Of a stretch of 64,000 nt of DNA, positions 9,649-20,409 are shown piece after piece. The stretch is from the sequence record MK373775.1, one strand, 5' to 3'. Numbering within the stretch: position 1 is the first letter of the stretch; each line of letters starts with the position of its first letter. The stretch is from Escherichia phage vB_EcoM_WFK. A model generated the notes under the pieces. It was not told the origin of the DNA and did no database searches. It worked only from the letters and a program-made list of their open reading frames with translations. A program made the position numbers and the translations under genes.

Positions 9649-9876
9649 TTACCCCATATCTCTCATATGCATATCAATGCCCATATCTTTTGTATAAAAA
9701 TACTCGTCGATGTACCCAGCAAACTTCCCTTTAATATAAAGGACGTCTTCACCACAGGGGTGGTCTGCCAGGATACGAATATCCTGACGTCGTAGACGAT
9801 ACTTTTCCATTAAGAATTTAATTTCAGTTTCAAATTCTTCATCATTATTAAAGGCATCTTCAATTGAATAACGCAT
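9649..9876 (-). CDS. Hypothetical protein (uvsY.-1 position)
   Basis: 75-aa ORF whose start overlaps the uvsY stop. Confidence 0.5.
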   Translation of the reverse strand: MRYSIEDAFNNDEEFETEIKFLMEKYRLRRQDIRILADHPCGEDVLYIKGKFAGYIDEYFYTKDMGIDMHMRDMG

Positions 9877-10289
9877 TATTGTCCCGCTTCAAATTCTCGC
9901 ATATCTTGAATATGTTTAAGTGCAAAACTACGAGACTTGACTGCATCAAGTGCACCACTACAGAACTCAAGTAAAATTCCCCAGTATTGTAAAGTAGTCT
10001 CTATTTTAAGCACATCTTTATCTGCGGCCAGGACAGTTTTCATTTCAGATTTCTCATATCGGTCCATACTGAATTCATCACCGTCACCTCGTCCCGAGTA
10101 GTAGTCTAATCTTGCTTTTAGAGCAGTTTTCTTCTGAGTCTCTATACGCAACATTTCTTTACGAATAAATGAGTGCTTACGTAGCCATTTGCTGTATAAC
10201 TTAACATTATTCGCCGTCTCGTATTGCAACTTTGTCGTATCAATAGCTAAGTCTGCGTCTAACTCTTCCTGTAAATCTTCCAGCTTCAT
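9876..10289 (-). CDS. uvsY: UvsY recombination mediator protein
   Basis: 137 aa from the internal ATG (MKLEDLQEEL...), near-identical to T4 UvsY; the track's 27-aa N-terminal extension is not supported. Confidence 0.9.
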   Translation of the reverse strand: MKLEDLQEELDADLAIDTTKLQYETANNVKLYSKWLRKHSFIRKEMLRIETQKKTALKARLDYYSGRGDGDEFSMDRYEKSEMKTVLAADKDVLKIETTLQYWGILLEFCSGALDAVKSRSFALKHIQDMREFEAGQ

Positions 10290-10369
10290 AATGTTCTCTC
10301 TTTTAACTAATAATCTCCCGGCTGTATCGGAAGGACCTAAAACCATTATACATAGGTTGCCTTGAAGCA

Positions 10370-10768
10370 TTACACTCTATTGCTTGAAGCCAACTGAAGT
10401 TTAATTTGTTCAATATCGTCAGGGTTGTCTACGACCGAAAATCTAATCTCTACTATAACCGTATAGTCATCATATACTGGCGTTACACTTACAGAAAGTT
10501 TGTCGATGCGTGGCTCATAGTTACGAACAGCTGCCTGGATATTACGCTCAATCGTATCGGCTGTAAGTGGTGTCATGTTCTCGAAAAGTTCATCGACCAA
10601 ATCACATCCAAATTCAGGGTCGAAGGGGCGTGAGCCTTTTCTAGTTGTCACTATGCCAAGAAGACTATTTTTAATAGAACGAAGTCCTACAGAACGAGCA
10701 ACGTCCTTGTTCCAATCCATACGCATTTCTGGGTCGATATCTGAATAAAGTTTATTGATATTAGACAT
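10370..10768 (-). CDS. 25: Baseplate wedge protein gp25
   Basis: 132 aa, near-identical to T4 gp25. Confidence 0.95.
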   Translation of the reverse strand: MSNINKLYSDIDPEMRMDWNKDVARSVGLRSIKNSLLGIVTTRKGSRPFDPEFGCDLVDELFENMTPLTADTIERNIQAAVRNYEPRIDKLSVSVTPVYDDYTVIVEIRFSVVDNPDDIEQIKLQLASSNRV

Positions 10769-11394
10769 TATAGTAACTCAAAGAATTCTTTGAGGCCTCG
10801 TATTGTGTGAACGTGTGACGCCCCACATTTGGGACATTTAATAGGGGTTGCTAGATAAATTGACGGTGATACTAAAAGATTTTTAATATTGATCATGTCA
10901 TCTTCCGTTATAAGGCCATAAAGGTCGTTTATTTCTGCTTCAGTTAAATCTTCAACAGGGATGGACTCTCCATTGACAAAAACGGCCTCAATACATGAAG
11001 CAATCATTAATGCGATATTTTTATCGTCAAATAATTTAGGTTGACGGAACTTAATTTTAATACCACTGAACGAATACCAGGGATCGGCCTGTTCATCTAA
11101 TTGAGTGTGCAATAAATTCATATAGACTTGAAATGAATGCCCACAGGAACAATTCCAGGTGTGTTCTTGATTCACTTCACCTAATGAATGGGCCCACAGA
11201 TTTACCAACAATAACTCGGCTTCTTGTTTAGTCAAGTTTTTAGCGTTAGAACAATTAGTGATAATATTGTTCACTGCGGATTCAATAGTACCGGTAGCCC
11301 GCGCACCTATGAGTCCTAAATATTCTTTTAAAGTAAAGGCTCTACAATTCACTTCTTTATCGCCTAAACGTACGGTAAACGTATATTTGTACAT
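10768..11394 (-). CDS. 26: Baseplate hub protein gp26
   Basis: 208 aa, same length and position as T4 gp26, divergent from 51. Confidence 0.8.
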   Translation of the reverse strand: MYKYTFTVRLGDKEVNCRAFTLKEYLGLIGARATGTIESAVNNIITNCSNAKNLTKQEAELLLVNLWAHSLGEVNQEHTWNCSCGHSFQVYMNLLHTQLDEQADPWYSFSGIKIKFRQPKLFDDKNIALMIASCIEAVFVNGESIPVEDLTEAEINDLYGLITEDDMINIKNLLVSPSIYLATPIKCPKCGASHVHTIRGLKEFFELL

Positions 11395-11412
11395 GTTAAC
11401 TCCTTTATTGTG

Positions 11413-11424
11413 TATTTATAAATA
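11413..11424. promoter_or_regulatory. Overlapping divergent late promoters (TATTTATAAATA) between genes 26 and 51
   Basis: TATAAATA on the plus strand (11417..11424) overlaps its reverse complement (11413..11420) in the 47-bp divergent intergenic region. Confidence 0.5.
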
Positions 11425-11441
11425 ATAGAAAAGGAGTAATT

Positions 11442-12194
11442 ATGGCTAATATAATTCGTTGTAAATTACCGGATGGTGTTCATCGTTTTAAGCCGTTCAC
11501 CGTGGCGGATTATAGAGACTTTTTACTAGTTAGAAATGATATCGAACATCGTTCGCCACAAGAACAAAAAGAAATAATTGCCGATCTGATTGATGATTAT
11601 TTTGGCGAGTACCCTAAAACATGGCAACCATTTATATTCCTGCAAGTTTTTGCAGGCTCTATAGGCAAAACAAAAGTTCCCGTTATTTTCACTTGCCCTA
11701 AATGCTCTAAAGAAAAAACTGCGCCATTTGAGATATATCAAAAAGAACTAGTCGAACCTGAACTTGATGTTGCTGGTATAAAAATACGTTTTTCTTTCCC
11801 TGAAAAGTTTTATGACAACAAAGCATTAATGATAAGTGAAAACATAAAAGAAATATATTATAATGATGAATGGTACCCATGGAATGATTTGACTGAAGAG
11901 AACCAAATCCAAGTAATAGAAGCAATAGACATTGACTCACTCGAGAAGGTTATTGCTTCTATGAACCCTATTAATTTGACCCTTAGATTAGGTTGTTGTG
12001 AACGTCATGTTAAAACATATACTGATATCTTAGAGGTTTTTAAATTGTTAGTTAACCCTGATGAGATTTTTACATTCTATCAGATAAACCATTCACTAGT
12101 AAAGAGTCAATACACATTGGATTCTATTATGCAAATGATTCCTGTTGAACGTGGTATTGCTTTAACATTAGTAGAAAAGGACCATAAAAAATGA
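11442..12194 (+). CDS. 51: Baseplate hub assembly catalyst gp51
   Basis: 250 aa; position and size as T4 gp51. Confidence 0.8.
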   Translation: MANIIRCKLPDGVHRFKPFTVADYRDFLLVRNDIEHRSPQEQKEIIADLIDDYFGEYPKTWQPFIFLQVFAGSIGKTKVPVIFTCPKCSKEKTAPFEIYQKELVEPELDVAGIKIRFSFPEKFYDNKALMISENIKEIYYNDEWYPWNDLTEENQIQVIEAIDIDSLEKVIASMNPINLTLRLGCCERHVKTYTDILEVFKLLVNPDEIFTFYQINHSLVKSQYTLDSIMQMIPVERGIALTLVEKDHKK

Positions 12195-13363
12195 CAGTAT
12201 TCCAACGTCCAGGATATCCTAACTTAAGCGTTAAATTATACCAAGATTATTCAGCTTGGCAAGAAAATAGATACGTTGAACTCGCGGCAACAATAACAAC
12301 TTTAACCATGCGAGATTCGTTATATGGAAGAAATGAAGGGATTCTTCAATTTTATGACACTAAAAACATCCACACTAAAATGGATGGTAGACAGATAGTC
12401 CAAATCTCTGTTTCAAATTCAAACACACCTCTCCAAGTTAGAACTCGAATTTACGGATGCAGACATTATTCTGTGTCTGTGGACTCAAAAGGTGACAATA
12501 TTATTGCAATTGAGCTTGGAACAATACATTCTATAGAGAACCTTAAATTTGGGCGTCCATTCTTCCCGGATGCAGGCGAATCTATACGTGAAATGTTAGG
12601 TGTCATATACAAAGACCGTGCGTTAATTACTCCGCCAATAAACACTATTAATGCTTATGTTCCTGATATCCCTTGGACAAGCACATTTGATGATTATTTG
12701 GCATATGTCAGAGAATTAGGACTTGCTACAGCGAGTGATAAGTTCGTATTCGTATGGCAAGATATTTTAGGCGTAAACATGATTGACTACGATACTCTTA
12801 TTGGTCAGGAAGGCATTAAGATGATTGTAGGTGAGCCAAATACTGTAGGTCAGTATATTCAAGAGCTTGAGTATCCATTAGTATGGGATTTTACCTGGAT
12901 GACTAAAGCCAACCAATTTACAAGAGACCCTATTAAAAACGCCACGATATTCGCTCATTCATTTTTAGATACATCTATTCCGGTTATTGTTACAGGCGAT
13001 GGTGATAATGCTATTCTTGTGTCAAGATCCGGTGGATATTCCGAAATGACCTATCGTAATGGATTTGAAGAAGCAAGTCGTCTTCAGACAATGGCTCAAT
13101 ATGACGGATATGCTAAATGCACTACTACAGGCAATTTTAACATAACGCCTGCTACTAAAATTATATTTGTTGACCAAAAGAACCAATTCAAATCCGAATT
13201 TTACGTAGATGAAGTTATTCATGAGTTATCAAATAACAACTCACAAACTCATCTGTACATGTTTACCAACTCAATGGTGTTAGAACCTGTTAACCCAGTT
13301 AAGGTTAAAAATGAACTTAAATCTGATTCTACCTCTAAAGAAAATAATTCTACCACAGTCTAA
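12191..13363 (+). CDS. 27: Baseplate hub protein gp27
   Basis: 390 aa; ATGA start/stop overlap with 51; size as T4 gp27. Confidence 0.88.
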   Translation: MTVFQRPGYPNLSVKLYQDYSAWQENRYVELAATITTLTMRDSLYGRNEGILQFYDTKNIHTKMDGRQIVQISVSNSNTPLQVRTRIYGCRHYSVSVDSKGDNIIAIELGTIHSIENLKFGRPFFPDAGESIREMLGVIYKDRALITPPINTINAYVPDIPWTSTFDDYLAYVRELGLATASDKFVFVWQDILGVNMIDYDTLIGQEGIKMIVGEPNTVGQYIQELEYPLVWDFTWMTKANQFTRDPIKNATIFAHSFLDTSIPVIVTGDGDNAILVSRSGGYSEMTYRNGFEEASRLQTMAQYDGYAKCTTTGNFNITPATKIIFVDQKNQFKSEFYVDEVIHELSNNNSQTHLYMFTNSMVLEPVNPVKVKNELKSDSTSKENNSTTV

Positions 13364-13844
13364 TAAAAAGGTAATGATTCCTAAATTAGGGCTCAAACAT
13401 TATAATCTTTTAAAGGACGTTAAAGGCCCTGATGAAAACATGAAAATCTTAGCTGATTCTATTTGTAAAAATATGAGTCCCGCAGATTTTGATTTTGCAT
13501 GTCTACACATATTGGAATTTAATAACAAACTTAAGTCTGAAGTTGAAAAAGATGGATTCACTTATAAACTAGATGACGTCTATGTATGCCAACGAACAGA
13601 ATTCCAATTCCAAGGTAATACTTTTTATTTTAGACCCCCAGGCAAATTTGAACAATTCGCTACAATCAGTGAAATGCTATCAAATTGCTTAATAAAAGTT
13701 AATGACGAAGAGAAAGAAATTTCTTTCCTTGAGATGCCTGCTTTTGTAATCAAATGGGCAGAAGACCTTTCGACAACTATTGCTATTCCAGGCCCTAATG
13801 GTCCTATTAAGGGTATAGCAGAAATTATTGGATTGCTTGAATGA
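13311..13844 (+). CDS. 28: Baseplate hub distal subunit gp28
   Basis: 177 aa, same length as T4 gp28; overlaps the 3' end of gene 27. Confidence 0.75.
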   Translation: MNLNLILPLKKIILPQSNKKVMIPKLGLKHYNLLKDVKGPDENMKILADSICKNMSPADFDFACLHILEFNNKLKSEVEKDGFTYKLDDVYVCQRTEFQFQGNTFYFRPPGKFEQFATISEMLSNCLIKVNDEEKEISFLEMPAFVIKWAEDLSTTIAIPGPNGPIKGIAEIIGLLE

Positions 13845-15613
13845 AACCTGAAGAAATGAAATCCATGCGTAGAAATAAGGTCATTGCCGATAATAAACCA
13901 CAAAAAGTAGCTGCAACAGCAGCTACCGATTCATTAGAAGCATTGAATGACATTTCATCAAAACTAGACGATGTCCAAGCCGCGTCTGAACTCACATCAC
14001 AAAGTGTAGAAGATAAAGGCAATGGAATTATTGAATCAATTGGAGACTTAAAGAATTCGACAGATAATACTGCTGAAGGCACAGAGCTTATCGCAGAAGT
14101 TATTGAAAAACAAACTGAAGTCACTAAAAGTATAAACGAAGTTTCTAGTGCAATAAGCTCTAAGTTAGACCGATTAGCTACATTATTAGAGCAAAAATTA
14201 CAAACATCTACCGCTATTCAAAATACAGGAGGCACCTCTCTTGAAGTAATTGAGAACGCAATACCTGTTAAAGTTGTTGAGAATGAAACTTCTGATGAGC
14301 TGTTTAAAGCATTCCCTACACCTGAAAAGATTGATAATAAGCCAGACGAAGATTTCTTCCCAGCACCGGTTCAAGAAAGTGCTAATTCTACTTCTGATTC
14401 TAAAGGCGGAATTAGCTTTAAATTGAGCGATAAAATTGCAATGCTCACCAAAACAGTTCAAGCCGGGTTTAATAAATCAATATCAATTTCAGACAGAATT
14501 GCTGGAATGCTTTTCAAATACACTATAACGGCTGCTATTGAAGCAGCAAAAATGGCCGCACTTATTCTTGGTATTGTTATCGGTATTGATTTATTGATAG
14601 TCCATTTCAAATATTGGACAGACAAGTTCACTTCTGCCTGGGATTTATTTGATGAAAACTTTACTAAATTCTCTGATGAAGCTAAAGAGTGGGGTAAATT
14701 CTTAAGTGATATATTCACTTCTATTGACTCTATAAAACAATTGTGGGAAGCTGGAGACTGGGGTGGTTTAACCGTTGCTATTGTCAAAGGTGTAGGAACA
14801 GCATTAATGAACTTAGGTGAACTAATTCAATTAGGAATGGCTAAACTCTCTGCGTCTATATTGCGTGCTATAGGTTTTGGCGATACCGCGGACGAAATAG
14901 AAGGACGTGCTTTAGAAGGATTCCAAGAAACTACTGGGAACAAATTAAAGAAAGAAGACCAAGAGAAAGTCGCTAAATATCAAATGAAACGTGACGATGG
15001 GGAATTAGGAACCGTTTCTAAAGGTCTTGATATGTTACAACGCGGCAAAACATTCGTTACTAACTGGGTTCGTGGTAATGACAATAAAGAAGAGTTTAGT
15101 ACAAGCGATGAGCGTGCTGCGGAATCAGCAAAATTAAAAGAGTTACCTGAAGAGGAGCGTAAAGAGGCGTATATAAAAGCTAATGAAACTCGTGCGGCAC
15201 TGGTTAGATTTGAGGATTATATCGATAAAATCGATATGACTAACCCAGAAAATGCTAAAAACGTCGAGAAGTCTTATGCTGATTTAAGTAAACTTATTAA
15301 AGACCCTGAACTTAATAAAACTCCTGCTGTTAAAAAGGAAATAGATGCTAGATTTGAAAAGCTAAATAATAAAATGGCTGAAGCCAAAAAGGCTCAGACA
15401 ACAGTTAAGCCTGAATCTTCGTCTAAATCTCCGGAAGCAAAACAAGTTCAGTCAATAGAGAAAGGACGTGCTTCTGAATCTAAACAACAGCAACCGGTAG
15501 CGGCGATTAGTAACACAAATAATGTCGTCAAAAAGAATACCGTAGTCCAGAATATGACCCCTGTAACAAGTACAACGGCTCCTGGAATTTTCCATGCCAC
15601 CGGTGTTAATTAA
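13841..15613 (+). CDS. 29: Tail tube length determinant (tape measure) gp29
   Basis: 590 aa, same length as T4 gp29; long helical, low-complexity protein. Confidence 0.85.
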   Translation: MKPEEMKSMRRNKVIADNKPQKVAATAATDSLEALNDISSKLDDVQAASELTSQSVEDKGNGIIESIGDLKNSTDNTAEGTELIAEVIEKQTEVTKSINEVSSAISSKLDRLATLLEQKLQTSTAIQNTGGTSLEVIENAIPVKVVENETSDELFKAFPTPEKIDNKPDEDFFPAPVQESANSTSDSKGGISFKLSDKIAMLTKTVQAGFNKSISISDRIAGMLFKYTITAAIEAAKMAALILGIVIGIDLLIVHFKYWTDKFTSAWDLFDENFTKFSDEAKEWGKFLSDIFTSIDSIKQLWEAGDWGGLTVAIVKGVGTALMNLGELIQLGMAKLSASILRAIGFGDTADEIEGRALEGFQETTGNKLKKEDQEKVAKYQMKRDDGELGTVSKGLDMLQRGKTFVTNWVRGNDNKEEFSTSDERAAESAKLKELPEEERKEAYIKANETRAALVRFEDYIDKIDMTNPENAKNVEKSYADLSKLIKDPELNKTPAVKKEIDARFEKLNNKMAEAKKAQTTVKPESSSKSPEAKQVQSIEKGRASESKQQQPVAAISNTNNVVKKNTVVQNMTPVTSTTAPGIFHATGVN

Positions 15614-15621
15614 GGATTATT

Positions 15622-16731
15622 ATGATTAGTGTAAAAGAAATAGTAGTAGATGCAAAGGATTTAAATAAAGCGATACCAGTCACAGAAAGTGCTGGGCAAA
15701 GCACTAAAACCGAAACAACTACTAAAACTTATGTTGCTCAATTTCCTACAGGAAGAGCAGCCGGAAATGACTCCACAGGAGACTTCCAGGTAACAGACCT
15801 TTATAAGAATGGATTATTATTTACCGCGTACAATATGTCTGCACGCGATTCAGGATCCCTCAGGAATTTACGTCCGGCGTATGCCGGGACTTCATCTAAT
15901 GGTATCATATCAGATTTAACTGATAACGTGAAAGATGCAGTGACTAAATTCTCAAATGGCTTGCTTCCTGCCGGAGCTAATAAGTCTACTATAAACAAAA
16001 CTCCTGTTGCTAATATACTTTTGCCACGTTCCAAATCTGATGTTGATACAACTTCACATCGTTTTAATGATATCGGTGATAGCCTTATTACTAAAGGTGG
16101 AGGTACTGCTACGGGTGTTTTAAGTAACATTGCTTCTACTGCAGTTTTTGGTGCATTAGATTCTATTACTCAAGGGCTTATGGCTGATAATAACGAACAG
16201 ATTTATACGACTTCTCGTAGTATGTATGGCGGTGCTGAGAACCGTACTAAAGTCTTTACATGGGATTTAACTCCACGTTCAACTGAAGACCTTATGGCTA
16301 TTATAAACATTTACCAGTATTTTAACTATTTCTCATATGGTGAGACCGGTAAATCACAGTACGCCCAAGAGATTAAAAGTTATTTAGACGAATGGTACCG
16401 TTCAACGTTTATTGAGCCTATGACGCCAGATGATGCAGTAAAAAATAAGACATTGTTTGAAAAGATTACTGCGTCATTAACAAATGTATTAGTTGTAAGC
16501 AACCCTACAATTTGGATGGTTAAAAACTTTGGTTATACGTCTAAATTTGATGGATTAACTGACGTATTTGGTCCATGCCAAATTCAAAGCGTACGTTTTG
16601 ATAAAACTCCAAATGGACAATTTAATGGTCTTGCTGTTGCTCCTAACTTACCATCAACATTTACGTTAGAGATAACAATGCGAGAAATTATTACATTAAA
16701 CCGTTCTTCACTTTATGCGGGGACTTTCTAA
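15622..16731 (+). CDS. 48: Baseplate-tail tube junction protein gp48
   Basis: 369 aa, in the T4 gp48 position. Confidence 0.85.
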   Translation: MISVKEIVVDAKDLNKAIPVTESAGQSTKTETTTKTYVAQFPTGRAAGNDSTGDFQVTDLYKNGLLFTAYNMSARDSGSLRNLRPAYAGTSSNGIISDLTDNVKDAVTKFSNGLLPAGANKSTINKTPVANILLPRSKSDVDTTSHRFNDIGDSLITKGGGTATGVLSNIASTAVFGALDSITQGLMADNNEQIYTTSRSMYGGAENRTKVFTWDLTPRSTEDLMAIINIYQYFNYFSYGETGKSQYAQEIKSYLDEWYRSTFIEPMTPDDAVKNKTLFEKITASLTNVLVVSNPTIWMVKNFGYTSKFDGLTDVFGPCQIQSVRFDKTPNGQFNGLAVAPNLPSTFTLEITMREIITLNRSSLYAGTF

Positions 16732-17693
16732 TGTACTCTTTAGAAGAATTTAATAACCAAGCTATAAATGCAGATTTCCAACGAAACAATATGTTTAGTT
16801 GTGTATTTGCTACTACACCATCAACCAAATCGTCTTCACTAATTTCGTCAATTGGTAGTTTTGCTTATAATAACTTAGGGTTGGATTCAGATTGGCTAGG
16901 ATTGTCTCAAGGTGATATCAATCAGGGCGTAACAACCCTGATTACAGCAGGAACACAGAAATTAATTCGAAAATCAGGTATAAGTAAATATCTGATTGGA
17001 GCAATGAGTCAACGTACGGTACAAAGCTTGTTAGGTGAGTTCACAGTAGGAGCTTATCTGATAGACTTCTTCAATATGGCATATAATAATACAGGTTTAA
17101 TGATTTATTCTGTAAAAATGCCTGAGAACCGATTATCTTATGAAACGGATTTCAACTATAACTCACCGAACATCCGAATTACCGGCCGTGAAATGGACCC
17201 GTTAGTAATAAGCTTTAGAATGGATTCCGAAGCATCTAACTTTAGAGCAATGCAAGACTGGGTAAACTCAGTCCAAGACCCTGTAACAGGTCTTCGCGCT
17301 TTACCACAAGACGTCGAAGCAGATATTCAGGTTAATTTACATGCACGAAATGGTTTACCACATACCGCTGTCATGTTCACTGGATGTATTCCTGTTAGTG
17401 TCTCTTCTCCTGAGTTAACGTATGATGGTGATAATCAGATAACAGTTTTTGACGTAACATTTGCCTATCGCGTTATGCAATCAGGTGCTGTAAATAGACA
17501 GGCTGCTTTAGAATGGCTGGAATCAGGACTTATTAGTAGTGTTTCAGGAATGTTTGGAAATAATCAGAATGATTCTGGACTAGGAAGTGCAGTATCAAGA
17601 CTTTCTAGATTAGGTGGGACTGCTGGTGGTGTGTCTAATATAAACACATTGACAGGTGTGGTGAATTCTGCGTCAAGAGTTTTAGGACTATAA
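16731..17693 (+). CDS. 54: Baseplate-tail tube initiator gp54
   Basis: 320 aa, same length as T4 gp54. Confidence 0.85.
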   Translation: MYSLEEFNNQAINADFQRNNMFSCVFATTPSTKSSSLISSIGSFAYNNLGLDSDWLGLSQGDINQGVTTLITAGTQKLIRKSGISKYLIGAMSQRTVQSLLGEFTVGAYLIDFFNMAYNNTGLMIYSVKMPENRLSYETDFNYNSPNIRITGREMDPLVISFRMDSEASNFRAMQDWVNSVQDPVTGLRALPQDVEADIQVNLHARNGLPHTAVMFTGCIPVSVSSPELTYDGDNQITVFDVTFAYRVMQSGAVNRQAALEWLESGLISSVSGMFGNNQNDSGLGSAVSRLSRLGGTAGGVSNINTLTGVVNSASRVLGL

Positions 17694-17699
17694 GAAAAA

Positions 17700-17725
17700 G
17701 GGAGACGTTGTCTCCCTTTAGGGGT
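17700..17725. terminator. Bidirectional hairpin terminator between gene 54 and the convergent minus-strand ORF
   Basis: GGGAGAC-GUUG-GUCUCCC stem flanked by T-runs on both strands. Confidence 0.55.
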
Positions 17726-18019
17726 TTATTTACGGAATGAAAGGAATGCTGGTGCTCGGAATGGAGTATCATCTTTAGAGTATTTAACTAATACGACCAT
17801 TGGTACCTCTGTTTCTAAATGACCTGTCACTACACCGACAAAAATTTGATCAGTGTGCTCAGGGTCACGAAAGTTTTTAAGAGGTTCCATAGCAATATGG
17901 AATGCACCTGGGAATACTCGATTCAATTCGTCAATCACAGCTTCGTTAAAAACATCATCTGCCGGGATAGCATCTTCAACTACTAGTTCTTGACCATTAA
18001 AGCGAAGCATAGATTTCAT
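17726..18019 (-). CDS. Hypothetical 97-aa early protein downstream of alt; start set to the internal ATG
   Basis: Internal ATG preceded by GAGGAAA and by an early promoter at 18049..18078; the track start at 18091 lies upstream of that promoter. Confidence 0.5.
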   Translation of the reverse strand: MKSMLRFNGQELVVEDAIPADDVFNEAVIDELNRVFPGAFHIAMEPLKNFRDPEHTDQIFVGVVTGHLETEVPMVVLVKYSKDDTPFRAPAFLSFRK

Positions 18020-18048
18020 AACGTTTTCCTCATGTTGTTGATAGGATA

Positions 18049-18078
18049 ATAGTATCACACATCCATGTGTTTGTAAAC
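18049..18078 (-). promoter_or_regulatory. T4 early-type promoter (GTTTACA-N17-TACTAT) with a conserved leader
   Basis: Minus strand reads GTTTACA, 17 nt, TACTAT, then ATCAACAACATGAGGAAA before the ATG. Confidence 0.45.
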
Positions 18079-20165
18079 TATCCTTGGACAAATTTAAACG
18101 GAACTGATTCTAAATCCATTAAAGATGCTAACAATTTCAAACCTTTAGGTGCACTAGTTTTTTCTACAAATGAAGAGAACGATACCGGCTCATCCGATTC
18201 GATTTCACCCGTCATAGCAACCACCTCGCCTGTTTCCATGAGAACATCACCATCGTAAATGACAGCTTCATCCAACTGGTCTGAGGACATGACTTCAGCT
18301 TGAATAAATTTAAGGTTAGATTCTAAACCTGCACCAGTGTCAGATGACGCATCTGTAATTTTATTTATCTGCAAGAGAATGCCTCTAGGCAAAATAATTT
18401 CTTGCTCATTAGGGTGATTACTCAACTGTCCTGGATAAATCACGTTAACTTTATGGGCGCCGTCAATAGCCCATCCAACGTTAACACGGATTTGTTCTGG
18501 CGCATGCATAGCGGTACGCACCAGACTAGGAGAAATAGTAACACCTTCATCATTATTGTCAATGTTAAGCTCTTTGCGAACTTCTTCAGGAGCAAGTCCA
18601 AGGGCAACGTTCTCTTTAAACCCACCGAAAATAATAGGAGCTAGTGAAGTGGAAACATAGTTTCTGAAGTAGAATACCTTATTTTTAACCATTGCTTCGT
18701 AAATAGGCATTCTGATAGACTGAGCTCTATATAACGTTAGTCCTTCAGGTAAACGGTCTCCATTTAAAAACGCCGAATCAAGACCATCAATAGCGCGTTT
18801 AACTTCATCTTCATCTGCAACATCGTAAAAATCTGGTTTATAACGACCTAACAACATATTATTGATATCGGTATACGCAGAAGAGGCATATTCACGAATA
18901 GCTCGTTTTTCAGCAACAGAGTATTGTTTAGGGTCCCGATTCATTGTTATATTAAAGGTGCCTCTAGCCGATTCTCGTGCATAAGTATACATCACACTAG
19001 ACAAGAACGCTGATTTACGTTGTTTCCAAGTTTTTTCAGATACTTCAGCTAAAACATCGTCGGCCAGTTGGAAATTATCACGTCTAAAATCTTCAAACCA
19101 TTCGTCTTTAATAGAGTCCGCAATTTCGTTTGCAGCTTCAACAAAAGCAGCTAATGCTTTAACAGATGTTGTTTTTTCAGTTTTAATTTTCTTAGCAAAC
19201 TTTTCTAAAGTTGGCTTAATAACACTACCATAAGAAACTTCATCAGCAAATCTAAAGGATTCATCAATACGATTATAAATCTTATTTTCGATATCAGCAA
19301 CTAAAGTGCCTTTTGCTGTGGATGATGCTTGGGCTAGTACGATTTCATATGCTTCAGGAAGTAATTCGGCTGTAGCCGGGCCACTAACTTCTTTAGCAGA
19401 ATTTTCGTATTTCTGGAATAACTCACCTTCTTGGCGGTCAGCTTCTAAAGATTGGCTTGCGGCAATAGCACGACGAGAAATTTTAGTACGAGCAATAACA
19501 GGCTTATCTTTACGTTTTTCTTCTACAGCAGCAATAGAACCGGCGATAGCCGTTTCTTTGGTGACCTTTTCGCCAGTCTTTTTACTCACATAAACTTCGC
19601 CAACATCAGAATCTACTTTCGCGTACAACTCTGTGTTAATGTTAGGGATGCCTTTAATATCTTCAATGTTGGCATTTTTACGAACCATCATCACATAGGT
19701 GTGTTTACCTGTGAATTGATACATTGCCGACAATACTTTAAAACGACCACCGGTTTTAGTAGAAACTAAACGAGCAAGAAGAGTTTGAAGCTGCTGTCCA
19801 CGTCCTTTCAATTTCTTGGTAGGGAATCGGAATAGAACCGCATCCATACGAAGAGCTTTAACCTGTTCATATACTGTATTGAAAATGGTGTTGATTGCAT
19901 CAATAGGAGCAGGACCAAGGCCATTTTTCAATTCAGCGAGATTACCCTTTTCAGACAGACTCATAATAACAACATGAGCGTATTTGTCGCCAAGTTTAAC
20001 TTGTTTTACAGCGTCGCCTTCGGAAAGGTAAGAGAATAAACGAACTACGATGTTTGTATCAACATCACCAATTTTCCAGACTTGTGGAACTTTAGCTTTA
20101 GGGTTCAAATTGACGACAGGAAGACTGCCTTCAGATTCAAACACTTCATTTAATTGTTCAGACAT
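18078..20165 (-). CDS. alt: Alt ADP-ribosyltransferase (injected with the virion, modifies host RNA polymerase)
   Basis: 695 aa; position next to gene 30 and size as T4 Alt. Confidence 0.9.
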   Translation of the reverse strand: MSEQLNEVFESEGSLPVVNLNPKAKVPQVWKIGDVDTNIVVRLFSYLSEGDAVKQVKLGDKYAHVVIMSLSEKGNLAELKNGLGPAPIDAINTIFNTVYEQVKALRMDAVLFRFPTKKLKGRGQQLQTLLARLVSTKTGGRFKVLSAMYQFTGKHTYVMMVRKNANIEDIKGIPNINTELYAKVDSDVGEVYVSKKTGEKVTKETAIAGSIAAVEEKRKDKPVIARTKISRRAIAASQSLEADRQEGELFQKYENSAKEVSGPATAELLPEAYEIVLAQASSTAKGTLVADIENKIYNRIDESFRFADEVSYGSVIKPTLEKFAKKIKTEKTTSVKALAAFVEAANEIADSIKDEWFEDFRRDNFQLADDVLAEVSEKTWKQRKSAFLSSVMYTYARESARGTFNITMNRDPKQYSVAEKRAIREYASSAYTDINNMLLGRYKPDFYDVADEDEVKRAIDGLDSAFLNGDRLPEGLTLYRAQSIRMPIYEAMVKNKVFYFRNYVSTSLAPIIFGGFKENVALGLAPEEVRKELNIDNNDEGVTISPSLVRTAMHAPEQIRVNVGWAIDGAHKVNVIYPGQLSNHPNEQEIILPRGILLQINKITDASSDTGAGLESNLKFIQAEVMSSDQLDEAVIYDGDVLMETGEVVAMTGEIESDEPVSFSSFVEKTSAPKGLKLLASLMDLESVPFKFVQG

Positions 20166-20199
20166 AGTGTTTTCCTTTTAGTAATAATTTATATTTATG

Positions 20200-20220
20200 C
20201 CAAAAAGAGCCCGAAGGCTC
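20200..20220 (-). terminator. Hairpin terminator (GAGCC-UUCG-GGCUC plus T-run) upstream of alt
   Basis: Minus strand: stem with UUCG loop followed by TTTTTGG. Confidence 0.5.
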
Positions 20221-20409
20221 TTAATCCACAATCGGAAGCAAAGTACGATAAACTTCAAAATTAGAGCCTTTTTCGTACTTATCGAAATTGTCCATAAAAA
20301 TATGATAGGAATCGTTATTAGGAAAATCTAATATAATCTGAGAGCAAGAGGTGGAAACATCTCCACCATCCTTCTTAGCTACAATAACTGTTTCTAAATA
20401 AGCTTTCAT
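20221..20409 (-). CDS. Hypothetical 62-aa protein; start set to the ATG that overlaps the gene 30 stop
   Basis: TAATG stop-start overlap with gene 30. Confidence 0.4.
   Translation of the reverse strand: MKAYLETVIVAKKDGGDVSTSCSQIILDFPNNDSYHIFMDNFDKYEKGSNFEVYRTLLPIVD

Noticed and set aside
9876-10370. Track version of uvsY with a 27-aa N-terminal extension (164 aa), and similar extensions on other ORFs (17726..18091, 31996..32538, 23910..24554, 41411..41722, 54864..55670, 20221..20430, 9358..9588, 62243..62863, 44215..44502)
   Set aside because: The track accepts GTG/TTG and any in-frame upstream start. The extensions overlap upstream genes, promoters or hairpins and lack a ribosome-binding site, while an internal ATG with a Shine-Dalgarno sequence gives a T4-like length.
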